Assembly: GCA_036986275.1 (NCBI GenBank)
Contig: BTRG01000001.1
Span: forward strand, 27,042-91,041
Direction of reading: 5' to 3'
Source: Gammaproteobacteria bacterium
GTDB taxonomy: Bacteria > Pseudomonadota > Gammaproteobacteria > Acidiferrobacterales > SZUA-150
DNA length: 64,000 bases
A program made the translations under genes and the position numbers. A model generated the notes under the pieces. That model was not told the DNA's origin. It did not search any database and saw only the letters and a program-made list of their open reading frames with translations. Shown piece by piece: positions 1-10,942 of this stretch. How positions within the stretch are numbered: the stretch's first letter is position 1; every line of letters starts with the position of its first letter.

Positions 1-507
1 CGGGCGCAGTGCTACGGGCAAGGGTTCTATCGCCAGGCTGGCGCGCAGCAAAACGTTGAATTCGGCCTCTGACTTGGGCAACTCCTGTTTGAGAGACAAT
101 TCCAGGTCTTCCAGTGTCCCCATATATGCAAGGGCCTGTTGTAGTGAAGTAAAGCTTTCTGTTTTGTCGGGTTCTTTGGCGTGACCCTTCACCAGATATT
201 GTCCGGATAGCGCGTGGTAGCGAATCTTGTGACGAAACTCCCATTCCTGCACAAGCTGATCCCAGATGAAGGGACGCTTACGATAGAGTTGTAATTCTAT
301 GATGACTTCCAATGGTATGCCCTTACTCAGGGCCTCTTCGGTCTTTTCGCTGAGGCCAAGATCAAGCTCGCCATTCAGCAGCAGGGATTGGTCCTTGATG
401 ACAGGGGTTAGCTGCGTCACACTAAACTCGGCAGTGGCCGTGAGCGGTAAAAGGCTGATCACGAACAAAACAGTATATAGCGCGCTAACTTTTTTTGAGC
501 AACGCAT
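1..507 (-). CDS. DUF4390 domain protein (3' end runs off window)
   Basis: Manual translation from ATG at 507: MRCSKKVSALYTVLFVISLLPLTATAEF...LSEKTEEALSKGIPL...IRYHALSGQYLV; signal peptide; usual position downstream of rsmB. Confidence 0.75.
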   Translation of the reverse strand, partial: MRCSKKVSALYTVLFVISLLPLTATAEFSVTQLTPVIKDQSLLLNGELDLGLSEKTEEALSKGIPLEVIIELQLYRKRPFIWDQLVQEWEFRHKIRYHALSGQYLVKGHAKEPDKTESFTSLQQALAYMGTLEDLELSLKQELPKSEAEFNVLLRASLAIEPLPVALRP

Positions 508-1780
508 AATAGAATCCATCATGTTCCCCATCACCCGGCAAGAGTTGGCACCCCGTTTGTAGGCGATGGCCAAAAGATAACGGAATCTCGGTGGCGTCCG
601 TGTGTTGTTGAAGAAAGGCCGACAGTTGTTGTTCATTTTCTTCCGGCAGTACAGAACAGGTGATGTACAGGAGCTTACCGCCGGAGGCCAGTAACGGCCA
701 TAGGGCATGCAGTATTTGTCGTTGTATCGTGCCAAGTTGGGCCAGGTCCCGGGACGTACGATGAAGTTTGATATCTGGGTGTCTTCTTATTATGCCGGTG
801 GCCGAACAGGGAGCATCGACGATGATATGGTTATAAGGTGTTTGGTCCCACCAGTCACCAGGTTGCCTGGCATCGCCGATTACAATATTGGCTTGCAGAC
901 CCAGACGTTTGAAGTTGTCTTGTATGAGATGGCCACGTACCGCTTCCTTTTCCAGTGCCGTCAGTACGATGCCGGGATAATGCTCCAGTAAGTGCGCACT
1001 CTTGCCGCCCGGGGCGGCGCAGGCATCCAGGACACGTTGCCCCGTCTGCATGGAAATTATGGAGGCCGCGCGTTGTGCGCCCTCGTCCTGAACCGAGACC
1101 CAGCCCAGGTCGAACCCGGGTAAGTGGGACACGGGACAGGATGAGGGCAGATAAATCCCGCAATCCGTATGATCCATGGGCTTCCATGTTATGCCGGATG
1201 TGTCCAGGGTCTGCCCGTATTCCTCACGGCTCGTTTTCAGCGCATTGACCCGCAACCCCATGGGCGGGCGCTGGTTGTTGGCGGCTAGCATCCCCTGCCA
1301 GTGTTGGGGCCAGTTCGTTTTCAGTGTTTCGACCAGCCATTTCGGGTGCGATTGGGAACTTTGCCGCAGGGCCGATGGCCAGAGCGTATCGCGTTCACGC
1401 TGGAAGCGTCGCAAGCAGGCGTTGATAAGGTTGCGTGCCCAGGTTTTATTGAAAGCAACACAGGCATTGACGGTTTCATTGACCGCTGCATGAGGCTTGA
1501 TGTCCAGAAACTGGAGTTGATACAGGCCGATCATGATAAGTATCTGCAGGTCAAGATCCTTGGTCTTGAGGGGCTTCTGCAATAGGGTTTTGAGTACCGA
1601 TTCCAGGGCGAAATACCAGCGTATGGCGCCATAGCTGAGCTCATGAACCAGGGCACCGGTATGCTGGTCTTGTTCGCGCAATCGATTACGTACCCTGTCC
1701 AGGACCTGATCAAGGAAGCCGCCTTGCACTACATCGAGAACGATGCGAGTGGCCAATACGCGAGGATCGGAAGGAGTCAC
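485..1780 (-). CDS. rsmB: 16S rRNA (cytosine967-C5)-methyltransferase
   Basis: NusB-like N-terminus, VQDEGAQ, VLDACAAPGGKS, DAPCSATG, YITCS; follows def-fmt; GTG start at 1780 avoids overlap with fmt. Confidence 0.95.
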   Translation of the reverse strand: MTPSDPRVLATRIVLDVVQGGFLDQVLDRVRNRLREQDQHTGALVHELSYGAIRWYFALESVLKTLLQKPLKTKDLDLQILIMIGLYQLQFLDIKPHAAVNETVNACVAFNKTWARNLINACLRRFQRERDTLWPSALRQSSQSHPKWLVETLKTNWPQHWQGMLAANNQRPPMGLRVNALKTSREEYGQTLDTSGITWKPMDHTDCGIYLPSSCPVSHLPGFDLGWVSVQDEGAQRAASIISMQTGQRVLDACAAPGGKSAHLLEHYPGIVLTALEKEAVRGHLIQDNFKRLGLQANIVIGDARQPGDWWDQTPYNHIIVDAPCSATGIIRRHPDIKLHRTSRDLAQLGTIQRQILHALWPLLASGGKLLYITCSVLPEENEQQLSAFLQQHTDATEIPLSFGHRLQTGCQLLPGDGEHDGFYYALLKKS

Positions 1781-1787
1781 GACGAAA

Positions 1788-2729
1788 CTAGCCCGTTGGT
1801 TTGCCCAGGGTGTCGCCGGCCCGTAAGGGGTGGCCATTGAGGAAGACCGCTGACTCCAGGGGTTTGCCGCCTTCCGCTTGTAGCTGAGTAATCAACAGCC
1901 GGCCTTTCCCGGTTTGAACGGTGATGCCTTTTGCCGAGATATCTAGCACGGTACCCGGCGATTCGCGCGTATGGTCTGAAAGGGCTTCGGCGCGCCAGAT
2001 TCGTAAACGCTTGCCGGCATGGTGAGTGCTGGCCACCGGCCAGGGGTTAAAGGCCTGTATTTTACGCGCGAGAGATTTCGCCGGCAGCGACCAGTCGATT
2101 GCGGCTTCAGCCTTGCTGAGTTTGCGCGCGTAACTTGCCTGCGCATCATCTTGTTGTATTGCAGCGATACCGCCTTTTTCCAACCGGCTCATCACGGATA
2201 CGATGCGCTCGGCACCCAGTTGCGCCAGCCTGTCATGCAGTGTCTGCGCGGTATCTTCAGGCTGGATGGGCGTTTCGGCCCGGTCCAGCATTGCGCCGGT
2301 ATCCAGACCGGTGTCCATTTGCATAATTGTGATGCCGGAGACGGTGTCTCCTGCTTCTATGACACGCTGAATCGGTGCCGCACCGCGCCAGCGAGGCAAT
2401 AAAGAGGCATGGATATTCAGGCAACCCAGACGCGGCAGGGTCAGTACTTCGATCGGCAGTATCAGACCATAGGCCACGACGACCATTAGGTCTGGTTTGA
2501 GGGCTGACAGGGCGGCGATGTCATCGGCATGTTTGAAGTTTTCGGGCTGATATATAGGGATACCCTGTTTCTCGGCATAGTCCTTCACCGGGCTGGGCGT
2601 CAGCTTTCGGCCCCGGCCCGCGGGTCGGTCGGGCTGAGTGTAGACGGCCAGAATCGTATGACCGGCGAGGATCAGGGCCTCCAGGGGAGGGACGGCGAAA
2701 TCAGGGGTACCGGCAAAAATGATGTTCAC
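1788..2729 (-). CDS. fmt: Methionyl-tRNA formyltransferase
   Basis: IFAGTPDFA, TQPDRPAGRG, NIHASLLPRWRGAAPIQR. Confidence 0.97.
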   Translation of the reverse strand: MNIIFAGTPDFAVPPLEALILAGHTILAVYTQPDRPAGRGRKLTPSPVKDYAEKQGIPIYQPENFKHADDIAALSALKPDLMVVVAYGLILPIEVLTLPRLGCLNIHASLLPRWRGAAPIQRVIEAGDTVSGITIMQMDTGLDTGAMLDRAETPIQPEDTAQTLHDRLAQLGAERIVSVMSRLEKGGIAAIQQDDAQASYARKLSKAEAAIDWSLPAKSLARKIQAFNPWPVASTHHAGKRLRIWRAEALSDHTRESPGTVLDISAKGITVQTGKGRLLITQLQAEGGKPLESAVFLNGHPLRAGDTLGKPTG

Positions 2730-2736
2730 GGCAGGC

Positions 2737-3240
2737 CTACATTGCAACGCGTTGCTGTTTCTCCAGTTTTTTCTGGATGCGTTGCTGTTTCAGGCGAGAC
2801 AGGTAGTCAACAAACACCTTGCCATCGAGGTGGTCGATTTCATGTTGTATGCAAACTGCTAGCAGGCCCTCAGCATCCAGCTCAAAGGTTTCTCCGTCTC
2901 TGTTCTGCGCGCGAACCCGGACGCGCTTAGCACGGGTGACGGAGCCAAAGATGCCGGGGACGGATAAACAGCCCTCCTCCATGGTTTCCTCGCCTTCCCG
3001 GGACACTATTTCCGGATTGATAAATACATTCAAAAGGTCATGATTTTCGGAGATATCTATTATTATGACCCGTAAATGGACGTCGATTTGGGTTGCGGCC
3101 AGGCCGATACCGGGTGCGTCATGCATGGTTTCGGCCATGTCATCGACCAGGGTGCGGATCGTATCATCGATGTTGTCAACCGGTTTGGCTACCGTGCGCA
3201 GGCGGCGATCCGGGTAATGCAGTACATGTCTTATGGCCAT
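2737..3240 (-). CDS. def: Peptide deformylase
   Basis: [24 protein letters not shown]. Confidence 0.98.
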   Translation of the reverse strand: MAIRHVLHYPDRRLRTVAKPVDNIDDTIRTLVDDMAETMHDAPGIGLAATQIDVHLRVIIIDISENHDLLNVFINPEIVSREGEETMEEGCLSVPGIFGSVTRAKRVRVRAQNRDGETFELDAEGLLAVCIQHEIDHLDGKVFVDYLSRLKQQRIQKKLEKQQRVAM

Positions 3241-3424
3241 AGTGGATATCGCGACAAGGGCCTGGGATGGCCATCAGTTCCCATTCTTACTAAACTGGTT
3301 TATTATTAATTCAGAGGCTACTGAATAACAAGCGAAAATAGTCTAAAAAACCCAGAACATTTCTTGGTGTTGCCGAGCATCATCGACTACACTTTTGCTA
3401 AAAGATTACACGGAAAGATCGCGT

Positions 3425-4555
3425 ATGTCGCCTGTCCACACTCCTAAATTCGCCGCTCTGCTCTTGGTGGCCTTGTTTCTGGCCCTCCCGGCCCGCGCCG
3501 ACGTACTCGAATTACAACCGGGACATCCCGATCGATACACTGTGCAGCGTGGCGATACCCTTTGGCATATTGCAACAACATTTCTTAAGAGCCCGTGGCA
3601 TTGGCCCAAGATCTGGAAAATTAACGAACAAATCGAAAACCCACACCTTATATATCCGGGCGATGTAATCTTGCTGCGCTGGGTTGAGGGCCAGCCTGAG
3701 CTGACGGTCTTGCGTAGTGAAAAGGTGGCGCCGCCGGTCTCCGATCAGGAAGTCACCATAGATCCGGATGTGCCGGTCGATAAAGGCCACGCCTTTCCAG
3801 AGCGTCGTGCAGTGGGGGGGCGCCTGAAACTGAGACCCCAGGTGCGGGGCCGCGATCGCAAGGAGGCGATACCGACCATACCACCCGGTGACATCGGGCC
3901 CTTTTTAACGCGCCCATTGATCGCCACCGAGGATATGCTGGAAGATTCCGGTTATGTCACGATAGGGCTGGACGATAGACTCGCCCTGGGTAATCTCAGT
4001 CCGTTCTATGCGCGTGGTTTGAAGAACAAAGACCATAAGTTTTACGTGGTGTACCGCAAAGGCCGCAAGCTGAGAGATCCGCATAGTAACAGCATATTAG
4101 GATATGAGGCGATCTACCTGGGGGATGCCAGGCTGGAGCGCTATGGCGACCCCAGTAAGTTAGTGCTTACCAGTGCGGGGCGAGAGATATTAGCAGGCGA
4201 TTATTTGTTTGAGGTGGATGATATCCCGCCCTTGCCCATCTATCACCCCCATGCCCCGGATAAAAAAGTCGAGGGCGCCATCCTTGCCGCCCAGGATGCA
4301 CTCTCAGAATTTGGTTCCCTGACGGCGGTGGCCGTGAATTTGGGAGAACGTGACGGGATGGAACAGGGACATATCCTGCGTATTTGGCGTGATGCCGGCA
4401 AACGTCGTGATCCGATCACGCGAAGATTTTATAAACTGCCCTTGGAAGAATCGGGTTTGTTGATGATTTTCCGCACCTTTAAGCGCGTCAGCTATGGCCT
4501 GATATTGCAGGCCGATCAACCGATTTCCATACTCGATCGCGTCACCACACCCTAA
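3425..4555 (+). CDS. LysM peptidoglycan-binding protein (TsaP-like)
   Basis: Signal peptide, YTVQRGDTLW...NPHLIYPGD LysM motif; conserved position between def and dprA. Confidence 0.85.
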   Translation: MSPVHTPKFAALLLVALFLALPARADVLELQPGHPDRYTVQRGDTLWHIATTFLKSPWHWPKIWKINEQIENPHLIYPGDVILLRWVEGQPELTVLRSEKVAPPVSDQEVTIDPDVPVDKGHAFPERRAVGGRLKLRPQVRGRDRKEAIPTIPPGDIGPFLTRPLIATEDMLEDSGYVTIGLDDRLALGNLSPFYARGLKNKDHKFYVVYRKGRKLRDPHSNSILGYEAIYLGDARLERYGDPSKLVLTSAGREILAGDYLFEVDDIPPLPIYHPHAPDKKVEGAILAAQDALSEFGSLTAVAVNLGERDGMEQGHILRIWRDAGKRRDPITRRFYKLPLEESGLLMIFRTFKRVSYGLILQADQPISILDRVTTP

Positions 4556-4655
4556 GAGACTACGAACAGATAAGGATAGGCACCAGGCAACCGAAACGGT
4601 TACACTGGTGCTTCGTTTGCGCGATCTTTCGTTGTGACACAAGGAGGTGTGGCAT

Positions 4656-5765
4656 ATGGATCAGGACATATTGTCTTGCTGGCTGGCGTTGCAGCGTACA
4701 CCCGGTCTGGGTGCAAGGTCTTTGGATAGGCTTTTGGGGCACCTCCCAAACATAAAATCCATCTTTCATTCAGCACGTGATGAGCGGGCAGAAATATTGG
4801 GCTCCGGACACAGGGCCGTGGGTGGTCTGTGTGAGCCTGTCAATGACCGGGAACTGGATGCCGTTCAGGCATGGTTGCAGACCTCTCCTTACCACCACGT
4901 CTTGTGTTGGACAGATAGCGACTATCCAGCGCTATTGAAAGAAATCCAGGGTGCACCCCTGATCCTCTATGTCAGGGGCCGGCCTGAAGTGTTGGCCATG
5001 CCGCAACTCGCCATTGTTGGCAGTCGCAATCCCACATGTGGCGGCAACGAAAATGCCCATCATTTTGCTTACGAGCTGGCTAAGTCCGGTCTGGGTATCA
5101 CCAGCGGCCTGGCATTGGGTGTGGATGCCGCTGCACACCAGGGGGCATTGGCTGCCGGTGGCATGACGGTGGCCGTGGCAGGCACCGGCCTGGGCCGGGT
5201 TTATCCTGCGCAACACATGGCACTGGCTGAGGCCATACAGGAGCAGGGGGCACTCATCTCGGAATTTCCACTGGACGCCAGCCCGCGACGGGAGCATTTT
5301 CCCAGGCGAAATCGTCTCATCAGCGGCCTGTCATTGGGAGTCCTGGTCATTGAGGCCGCGGTGCGTAGCGGTTCGCTGATTACCGCGCGGCTGGCCGCCG
5401 AACAAGGACGTGAAGTCTTTGCGCTACCGGGCTCCATACATTCACCCCAGGCGAGAGGTTGCCACCGCTTGATACGCGAGGGTGCAAAGCTGGTGGAGTC
5501 ACTGCAGGACGTGCTCGAGGAGTTGGGGCCCCTGGCGCAGTTGGCATTGAATGCGTGCGGCCAGGCGCAAGACAGACAGAACATCGAGCCGGGGCCGGAC
5601 TATGGACTGCTGGAATATATCGATTTTGACCCAATATCAGTGGATATGCTTGTGAATCGCAGCGGATTGACGGCAGATGTGATTTCCTCCATGCTCTTGC
5701 GCATGGAGCTGGGTGGCCTGGTTGAGGCCTGCCCCGGGGGTATGTACCAGAAAATCGCGCACTGA
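4656..5765 (+). CDS. dprA: DNA-processing protein DprA
   Basis: AIVGSR, ITSGLALGVDAAAH, FPRRNRLISGLS, SGSLITA; AGGAGG at 4642-4647. Confidence 0.96.
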   Translation: MDQDILSCWLALQRTPGLGARSLDRLLGHLPNIKSIFHSARDERAEILGSGHRAVGGLCEPVNDRELDAVQAWLQTSPYHHVLCWTDSDYPALLKEIQGAPLILYVRGRPEVLAMPQLAIVGSRNPTCGGNENAHHFAYELAKSGLGITSGLALGVDAAAHQGALAAGGMTVAVAGTGLGRVYPAQHMALAEAIQEQGALISEFPLDASPRREHFPRRNRLISGLSLGVLVIEAAVRSGSLITARLAAEQGREVFALPGSIHSPQARGCHRLIREGAKLVESLQDVLEELGPLAQLALNACGQAQDRQNIEPGPDYGLLEYIDFDPISVDMLVNRSGLTADVISSMLLRMELGGLVEACPGGMYQKIAH

Positions 5766-5812
5766 GGCGCTTCATTCTTGCCTGAACCGGGCGGCGCGAT
5801 GAAAGAGGCAAC

Positions 5813-6298
5813 ATGAAAGAAAAGATTTTTGATGTATTGATGTACTTGTTTGAGAACTATATGGACGATGCACAGGAGATCGGACCGGATCAGGATGCAC
5901 TCATCGTCGAGTTATCTCAGGCAGGCTTTCCTCGTGGTGAAATCAATAAGGCCTTCCTTTGGCTGGAGGAATTGTCGACGCTTCGCGATGCGATGCCGAC
6001 GGGTATGATATCGGCGGCACGCTCAGACACGACACGTTACTTTATCGCAGAAGAAATAGAAAAGATTGGTCAGGAAGGTCTGGGGTTTTTATTGCAGCTT
6101 GAAAGACGGGGCGTGCTGGATGCCTTGTCCCGGGAGATCATCATCGACCGCATTATGGCGCTTGATACCTACGATATTGAGCCGGAACACCTGAAGTGGA
6201 TAGTGTTGATGGTGCTCTACAATCAGTCGGGTCAGGATCAGGCCTACAACTTGCTTGAGGATCTTGTGCTCAGTGACCAGGAAGATTGCCTGCACTGA
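5813..6298 (+). CDS. smg: Protein Smg (DUF494)
   Basis: FDVLMYLFENY, LKWIVLMVL; dprA-smg-topA synteny. Confidence 0.9.
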   Translation: MKEKIFDVLMYLFENYMDDAQEIGPDQDALIVELSQAGFPRGEINKAFLWLEELSTLRDAMPTGMISAARSDTTRYFIAEEIEKIGQEGLGFLLQLERRGVLDALSREIIIDRIMALDTYDIEPEHLKWIVLMVLYNQSGQDQAYNLLEDLVLSDQEDCLH

Positions 6299-6417
6299 TC
6301 AATGTATCCTCGCGGATGGTGTCCGCTGTGTATACGCCCTAGTCGGTTGACCTATTATCAATCCTAAGCTAATTAGTGAAACAAGGATGCTACCAATTCG
6401 TTTGGTGGGTTTCAGTT

Positions 6418-8715
6418 ATGCCTAAACATTTAATTGTCGTTGAATCACCCGCCAAGGCCAAGACCATGACCAAGTATTTGGGCAAGGATTTTACGGCCCT
6501 GGCGTCCTATGGGCATGTGCGCGATTTGATTCCCAAGCAAGGTGCGGTGGAAACCGAGGCCGACTTCAATATGAAGTACGGGCTCATAGAAAAAAATGCC
6601 AAGCATGTAGAAGCCATCGTCAAGGCCATGAAAAGGGCTGATGCCCTGTATCTTGCAACAGACCCGGATCGGGAAGGCGAGGCGATTTCCTGGCATTTGC
6701 AGCAGATATTGCAGGACAGGGGCGTACTGGACCATAAGCCGGTGCACAGGGTTGAGTTTCACGAGATCACCAAGAAAGCGATAAAAAATGCCATTGAACA
6801 CCCCCGGGAGCTGTCCAATAACCTGGTGGATGCCCAGCAAGCTCGCCGTGCACTGGACTATCTCGTCGGCTTTAACCTCTCGCCTTTATTATGGAAAAAA
6901 GTACGCCGGGGTTTATCGGCCGGGCGTGTACAAAGCCCGGCCTTACGCATGATAGTCGAGCGTGAGCAAGAGATAGAGCGTTTTGTGGCAAAAGAATACT
7001 GGACCATAGAGTCTGATGTATCGGCAGAGAAAAAGAATTTCAAGGCCAGATTGACACACTTTGAGTCGGAAAAGCTTGAGCAATTCTCCATTACTAATGA
7101 TGGGCGTGCGACGGAAGTTGAGCAGGCCTTGCTTGAGAAGGCACAAGGCAAACTCAAGGTTATCAAGGTCGAAAAGAAACAACGTAAACGCAATCCGGCG
7201 CCACCCTTTACCACTTCAACCTTGCAGCAGGAGGCATCACGCAAGCTTGGGTTTACTGCCCAGCGCACCATGCGCGCGGCTCAGCAACTGTATGAAGGTG
7301 TTGAGATCGAAGGCGAAACGGTTGGCCTGATTACCTATATGCGTACCGATTCCGTGAATCTTGCGGCTGAGGCAGTGGAAGAGATGCGCGAGTTGATAAC
7401 GCAGCGCTATGGTTCCGAGAACCTGCCGCAAGAGTTTCAAGTCTATAAGAGCAAATCCAAGAATGCCCAGGAGGCCCACGAGGCTATACGCCCGACGGCT
7501 TCGGCGCGCACTCCCGAGGATATGAAGAAATTGCTTACAGCTGAGCAATTCAAATTGTATGGTCTCATCTGGAAACGCACCGTCGCCTGTCAGATGGTCC
7601 ATGCCACTTTGGATACCATGGCCATTGATCTCGAGGCCGGCAGCGGCAATATCTTCCGGGCGACCGGTTCCACTGTGGTCAAACCAGGTTTTATGGCGGT
7701 ATACGAAGAAGGTAAAGATGATGCCAAGACAGACGAAGAAGACGCATCCCTGTTGCCACCGATTAAGGAAGGTGAGTCGATTGAGTTGAAAGCGATACGC
7801 AAAGAGCAGCATTTTACAGAGCCACCACCACGCTATACGGAAGCGAGTCTCGTAAAGACCCTGGAGGCGTATGGCATAGGACGTCCTTCCACTTACGCCA
7901 GTATTATTTCCACATTGCAACAACGAGAATATGTGTTACTGGAGAAGCGCCGCTTTGAGCCCACTGATGTCGGCCGAGTCGTGAACAAGTTTCTGTCGCA
8001 GCATTTTGAAAAGTATGTGGATTACGATTTTACGGCAAATTTGGAAGATCAACTGGATGCCGTGTCACGCGGCGAAAAAGAATGGAAACCTTTATTGAAG
8101 GATTTCTGGGTCGAATTCAAACGGCAGGTGGATTCCAAGGAGGATGTTGAGCGTCCGGGTGTGGAATTGCTGGATGAGGACTGTCCCAAGTGCGGCAAGA
8201 AGGTAGCCAAACGCCTGGGCAGAAATGGCTATTTTGTTGGCTGTACCGGTTACCCGGAATGTGATTATACGCGCAATGTGGATGATGCCCCGGGCTCTAC
8301 CAACGAGCCCGAAGTGGTTGAAGGACGCAAGTGTCCTGAGTGTGAGTCGGATCTGGTTATCAAGCGTGGCCGTTACGGTAAGTTTATTGGTTGCAGTAAT
8401 TACCCCAATTGTCGCCATATGGAACCGCTGGAGCCACCGGAAGATACCGGCGTGCCCTGCCCCGAGTGTCGCCAGGGCAATATGCTCAAACGCAAGTCAC
8501 GTTATGGCAAGGTCTTTTTTTCCTGCGCCCGTTATCCGGATTGCAAGTATGCCGTCTGGAACCGACCGTTGAATGAACCATGTCCTGATTGCGGTCATCC
8601 CATGCTGACGATAAAGACCACCAAGCGCCGGGGTACGGAAAAAGTCTGCCCGCAAAAGGAATGCAAATACGCTATTCCCTATGAGGATTACGAAGAGGAA
8701 GCGGAAGAATCCTGA
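6418..8715 (+). CDS. topA: DNA topoisomerase I
   Basis: VESPAKAK, LATDPDREGEAI, SAGRVQS, ITYMRTDS, C-terminal zinc ribbons. Confidence 0.98.
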   Translation: MPKHLIVVESPAKAKTMTKYLGKDFTALASYGHVRDLIPKQGAVETEADFNMKYGLIEKNAKHVEAIVKAMKRADALYLATDPDREGEAISWHLQQILQDRGVLDHKPVHRVEFHEITKKAIKNAIEHPRELSNNLVDAQQARRALDYLVGFNLSPLLWKKVRRGLSAGRVQSPALRMIVEREQEIERFVAKEYWTIESDVSAEKKNFKARLTHFESEKLEQFSITNDGRATEVEQALLEKAQGKLKVIKVEKKQRKRNPAPPFTTSTLQQEASRKLGFTAQRTMRAAQQLYEGVEIEGETVGLITYMRTDSVNLAAEAVEEMRELITQRYGSENLPQEFQVYKSKSKNAQEAHEAIRPTASARTPEDMKKLLTAEQFKLYGLIWKRTVACQMVHATLDTMAIDLEAGSGNIFRATGSTVVKPGFMAVYEEGKDDAKTDEEDASLLPPIKEGESIELKAIRKEQHFTEPPPRYTEASLVKTLEAYGIGRPSTYASIISTLQQREYVLLEKRRFEPTDVGRVVNKFLSQHFEKYVDYDFTANLEDQLDAVSRGEKEWKPLLKDFWVEFKRQVDSKEDVERPGVELLDEDCPKCGKKVAKRLGRNGYFVGCTGYPECDYTRNVDDAPGSTNEPEVVEGRKCPECESDLVIKRGRYGKFIGCSNYPNCRHMEPLEPPEDTGVPCPECRQGNMLKRKSRYGKVFFSCARYPDCKYAVWNRPLNEPCPDCGHPMLTIKTTKRRGTEKVCPQKECKYAIPYEDYEEEAEES

Positions 8716-8756
8716 TATTCCGCAACGGCGCATCTGTATTGACTCGTGGGTTCAAT

Positions 8757-9938
8757 ATGATAACGAATAATATTGCCTCTCAGTTTCATACCGGCCACCG
8801 TGTCCTGCCGCACTTTATTAAGAAGGGCCCGCACAAACAATTATTTGTGGTCCTGGCCGTAATAATATTGAGCACGGCCTGTGTTCATCTGGTAGAACAA
8901 AAGCCCGGTCTGGGCGCGGTCATCGCCTGGAGTGAAATCAATGGTTGGGCCGAAGACGATCATGCCCAGGCCTGGCCCGGCCTGCGGCACAATTGTTCGC
9001 GGGCCGCGCTGAGTGCTGTCTGGCAAGAGCTGTGTACAGAGATAGCGCTGATATCTGAGCCGGATAATGACATTGCCCGGGCCTTCTTCGAGACACATTT
9101 TGTCGCTCGTGAACTGCTGGCGGAGAATGGCGATGAGGGTTTAATTACCGGTTATTATGAACCGTTGCTAAAAGGCAGCCTGACCAGACAAGACAACTTC
9201 CGTTACCCGATTTACCGGCGCCCGCCGGATTTGATCAAGGTCAACCTTGGTGAATTATACCCTGAGCTGAATGGGCAACCGGTTCGTGGTCGCCTCGTCA
9301 ATAATGAAATCGTGCCCTATTTCAGCAGAAAGGATATCGATAACGGCAGGGCGCGCCTGGGCGGCCTGGAAATTGCCTGGGTGGACAATGCAATTGATGT
9401 GTTCTTTCTTCATATACAGGGTTCGGGACGCATACGGCTTGAAGATGGTCGAGAGATTGTTGTTGGTTATGCCGATCAGAATGGTCATCCCTATGAGTCT
9501 ATAGGTGGGAGCCTCATCCGGCGCGGGGCCATGGAACCGGAACAGGTCAGCATGGACAGCATTAAGGACTGGCTGCAACAGAATCCGGTTGATGCCAGTG
9601 ACGTATTGTATGGCAATTCCAGTTATATATTTTTTGAGCAACGGGATGCAGCAAAACCCGGGCCAATAGGATCGTATAATGTGCCGTTGACGGCGGAACG
9701 AAGTATTGCGGTGGACAGGCGTTATATCGAGCTTGGCTCCCCGGTGTGGCTGGATACCACCTTGCCAATAGAGAATACGCCTTATCGCCGCCTGATGCTT
9801 GCCCAGGACACAGGCGGTGCTATCAAAGGTGTTGTCAGAGCCGACGTGTTCTTCGGGCGCGGACAGTTGGCGCGTGAGCGTGCCGGCATGATGAAACAGC
9901 CTGGCCGCCTTTATGTGCTCGTGCCGGCAGCCAGGTAA
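8757..9938 (+). CDS. mltA: Membrane-bound lytic murein transglycosylase A
   Basis: TGYYEP, HIQGSG, AQDTGGAIKG..RADVFFG; start uncertain. Confidence 0.92.
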   Translation: MITNNIASQFHTGHRVLPHFIKKGPHKQLFVVLAVIILSTACVHLVEQKPGLGAVIAWSEINGWAEDDHAQAWPGLRHNCSRAALSAVWQELCTEIALISEPDNDIARAFFETHFVARELLAENGDEGLITGYYEPLLKGSLTRQDNFRYPIYRRPPDLIKVNLGELYPELNGQPVRGRLVNNEIVPYFSRKDIDNGRARLGGLEIAWVDNAIDVFFLHIQGSGRIRLEDGREIVVGYADQNGHPYESIGGSLIRRGAMEPEQVSMDSIKDWLQQNPVDASDVLYGNSSYIFFEQRDAAKPGPIGSYNVPLTAERSIAVDRRYIELGSPVWLDTTLPIENTPYRRLMLAQDTGGAIKGVVRADVFFGRGQLARERAGMMKQPGRLYVLVPAAR

Positions 9939-9997
9939 TGCCGGTAATCAATATACGGGTCTGCAGTAGCCATGAGTACAGTCATAGGCCATTTGTG

Positions 9998-10426
9998 ATG
10001 CAGCTTAAAATATTATCGTTGGGTTTTTATTTGCTATTAGCCCTTGCCGCCTGTACGGAAAAACAGGATATACAAAGTGGCGCTTTGGCCATTACCCGCG
10101 CCCTGGTGGAGCCGCAAGCCGTAAGTAAGGCATCTGCCTGGTGGGAGCCAGAACGCTATGCGGAGCCGTCTGCCTTTATCAAAGATATGCAACAAGTCAA
10201 CGTCTATACCTATCTCAAGGCCCGCCGCCGCCAGGGCGCAGACATGCGATACAAGGTGGCTGCAGTCACACAGGAATCGAAGACTGCGTTCAGGGCAGAA
10301 GTATTTATAGATATCGTCAGCCATGACCAGACTGCGAAGTCAGATCGTTACCGGGTAAGTCTGGGCTTCAAAGCAGAGGAGCCGGATATCTGGAAGCTAA
10401 ACTCGCTCAGTATAGACAAGGAGTAG
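9998..10426 (+). CDS. Hypothetical lipoprotein
   Basis: Hydrophobic N-terminus with LAAC lipobox; fills the gap in a co-directional run. Confidence 0.6.
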   Translation: MQLKILSLGFYLLLALAACTEKQDIQSGALAITRALVEPQAVSKASAWWEPERYAEPSAFIKDMQQVNVYTYLKARRRQGADMRYKVAAVTQESKTAFRAEVFIDIVSHDQTAKSDRYRVSLGFKAEEPDIWKLNSLSIDKE

Positions 10427-10429
10427 GAC

Positions 10430-10942
10430 GTGTACTATCTGAAACTTTTTCTCGATATATGCCTGTGGCGCGCCAAACCCCAGGATGTGCCGACATCCAT
10501 TACCCTGTTGGCGTTGGCGCTTTTTATCAATCTGGTTCTCAGCGTGCTGAGTTTACTGGGCAAGCTGGAAATGGGTGCTGCGTTAAAAGTGGCTGTGGCC
10601 GACCTGGTGCTTTTGGTGGCGTTGGTGCACACAGCACTCTTGTTGCGCAACAAGGGAGTACGTAGCCAGCAAACCTTATCGGCCCTGGCCGGGATCGGGG
10701 TGTTTTTCCTGTTGTTGAGCTGGATAGCAGATTTCGCATTCTCTGGCATTACCAATAATACTGGAGCCATTTTACAGTTTGTAATTCTGGGTTGGTATCT
10801 ATTTATCTTCGCAAACATAGTCAAGCAGGCAATGGAGTTCCCGTTACCCATCGGCATAGCCTTCGCGGTATTTTATCTTTTGCTTTCCATGGGTCTATCC
10901 GGCGCCCTGGCCCCGGAGCTGATATCCGAGGCCAGGGGCTGA
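10430..10942 (+). CDS. Hypothetical inner-membrane protein
   Basis: About five hydrophobic segments, N-terminal DICLWRAKPQDVP; stop overlaps the mpl start. Confidence 0.7.
   Translation: MYYLKLFLDICLWRAKPQDVPTSITLLALALFINLVLSVLSLLGKLEMGAALKVAVADLVLLVALVHTALLLRNKGVRSQQTLSALAGIGVFFLLLSWIADFAFSGITNNTGAILQFVILGWYLFIFANIVKQAMEFPLPIGIAFAVFYLLLSMGLSGALAPELISEARG

Noticed and set aside
3425-8715. LysM-dprA-smg-topA and comM as a novel competence locus
   Set aside because: Standard conserved proteobacterial gene order
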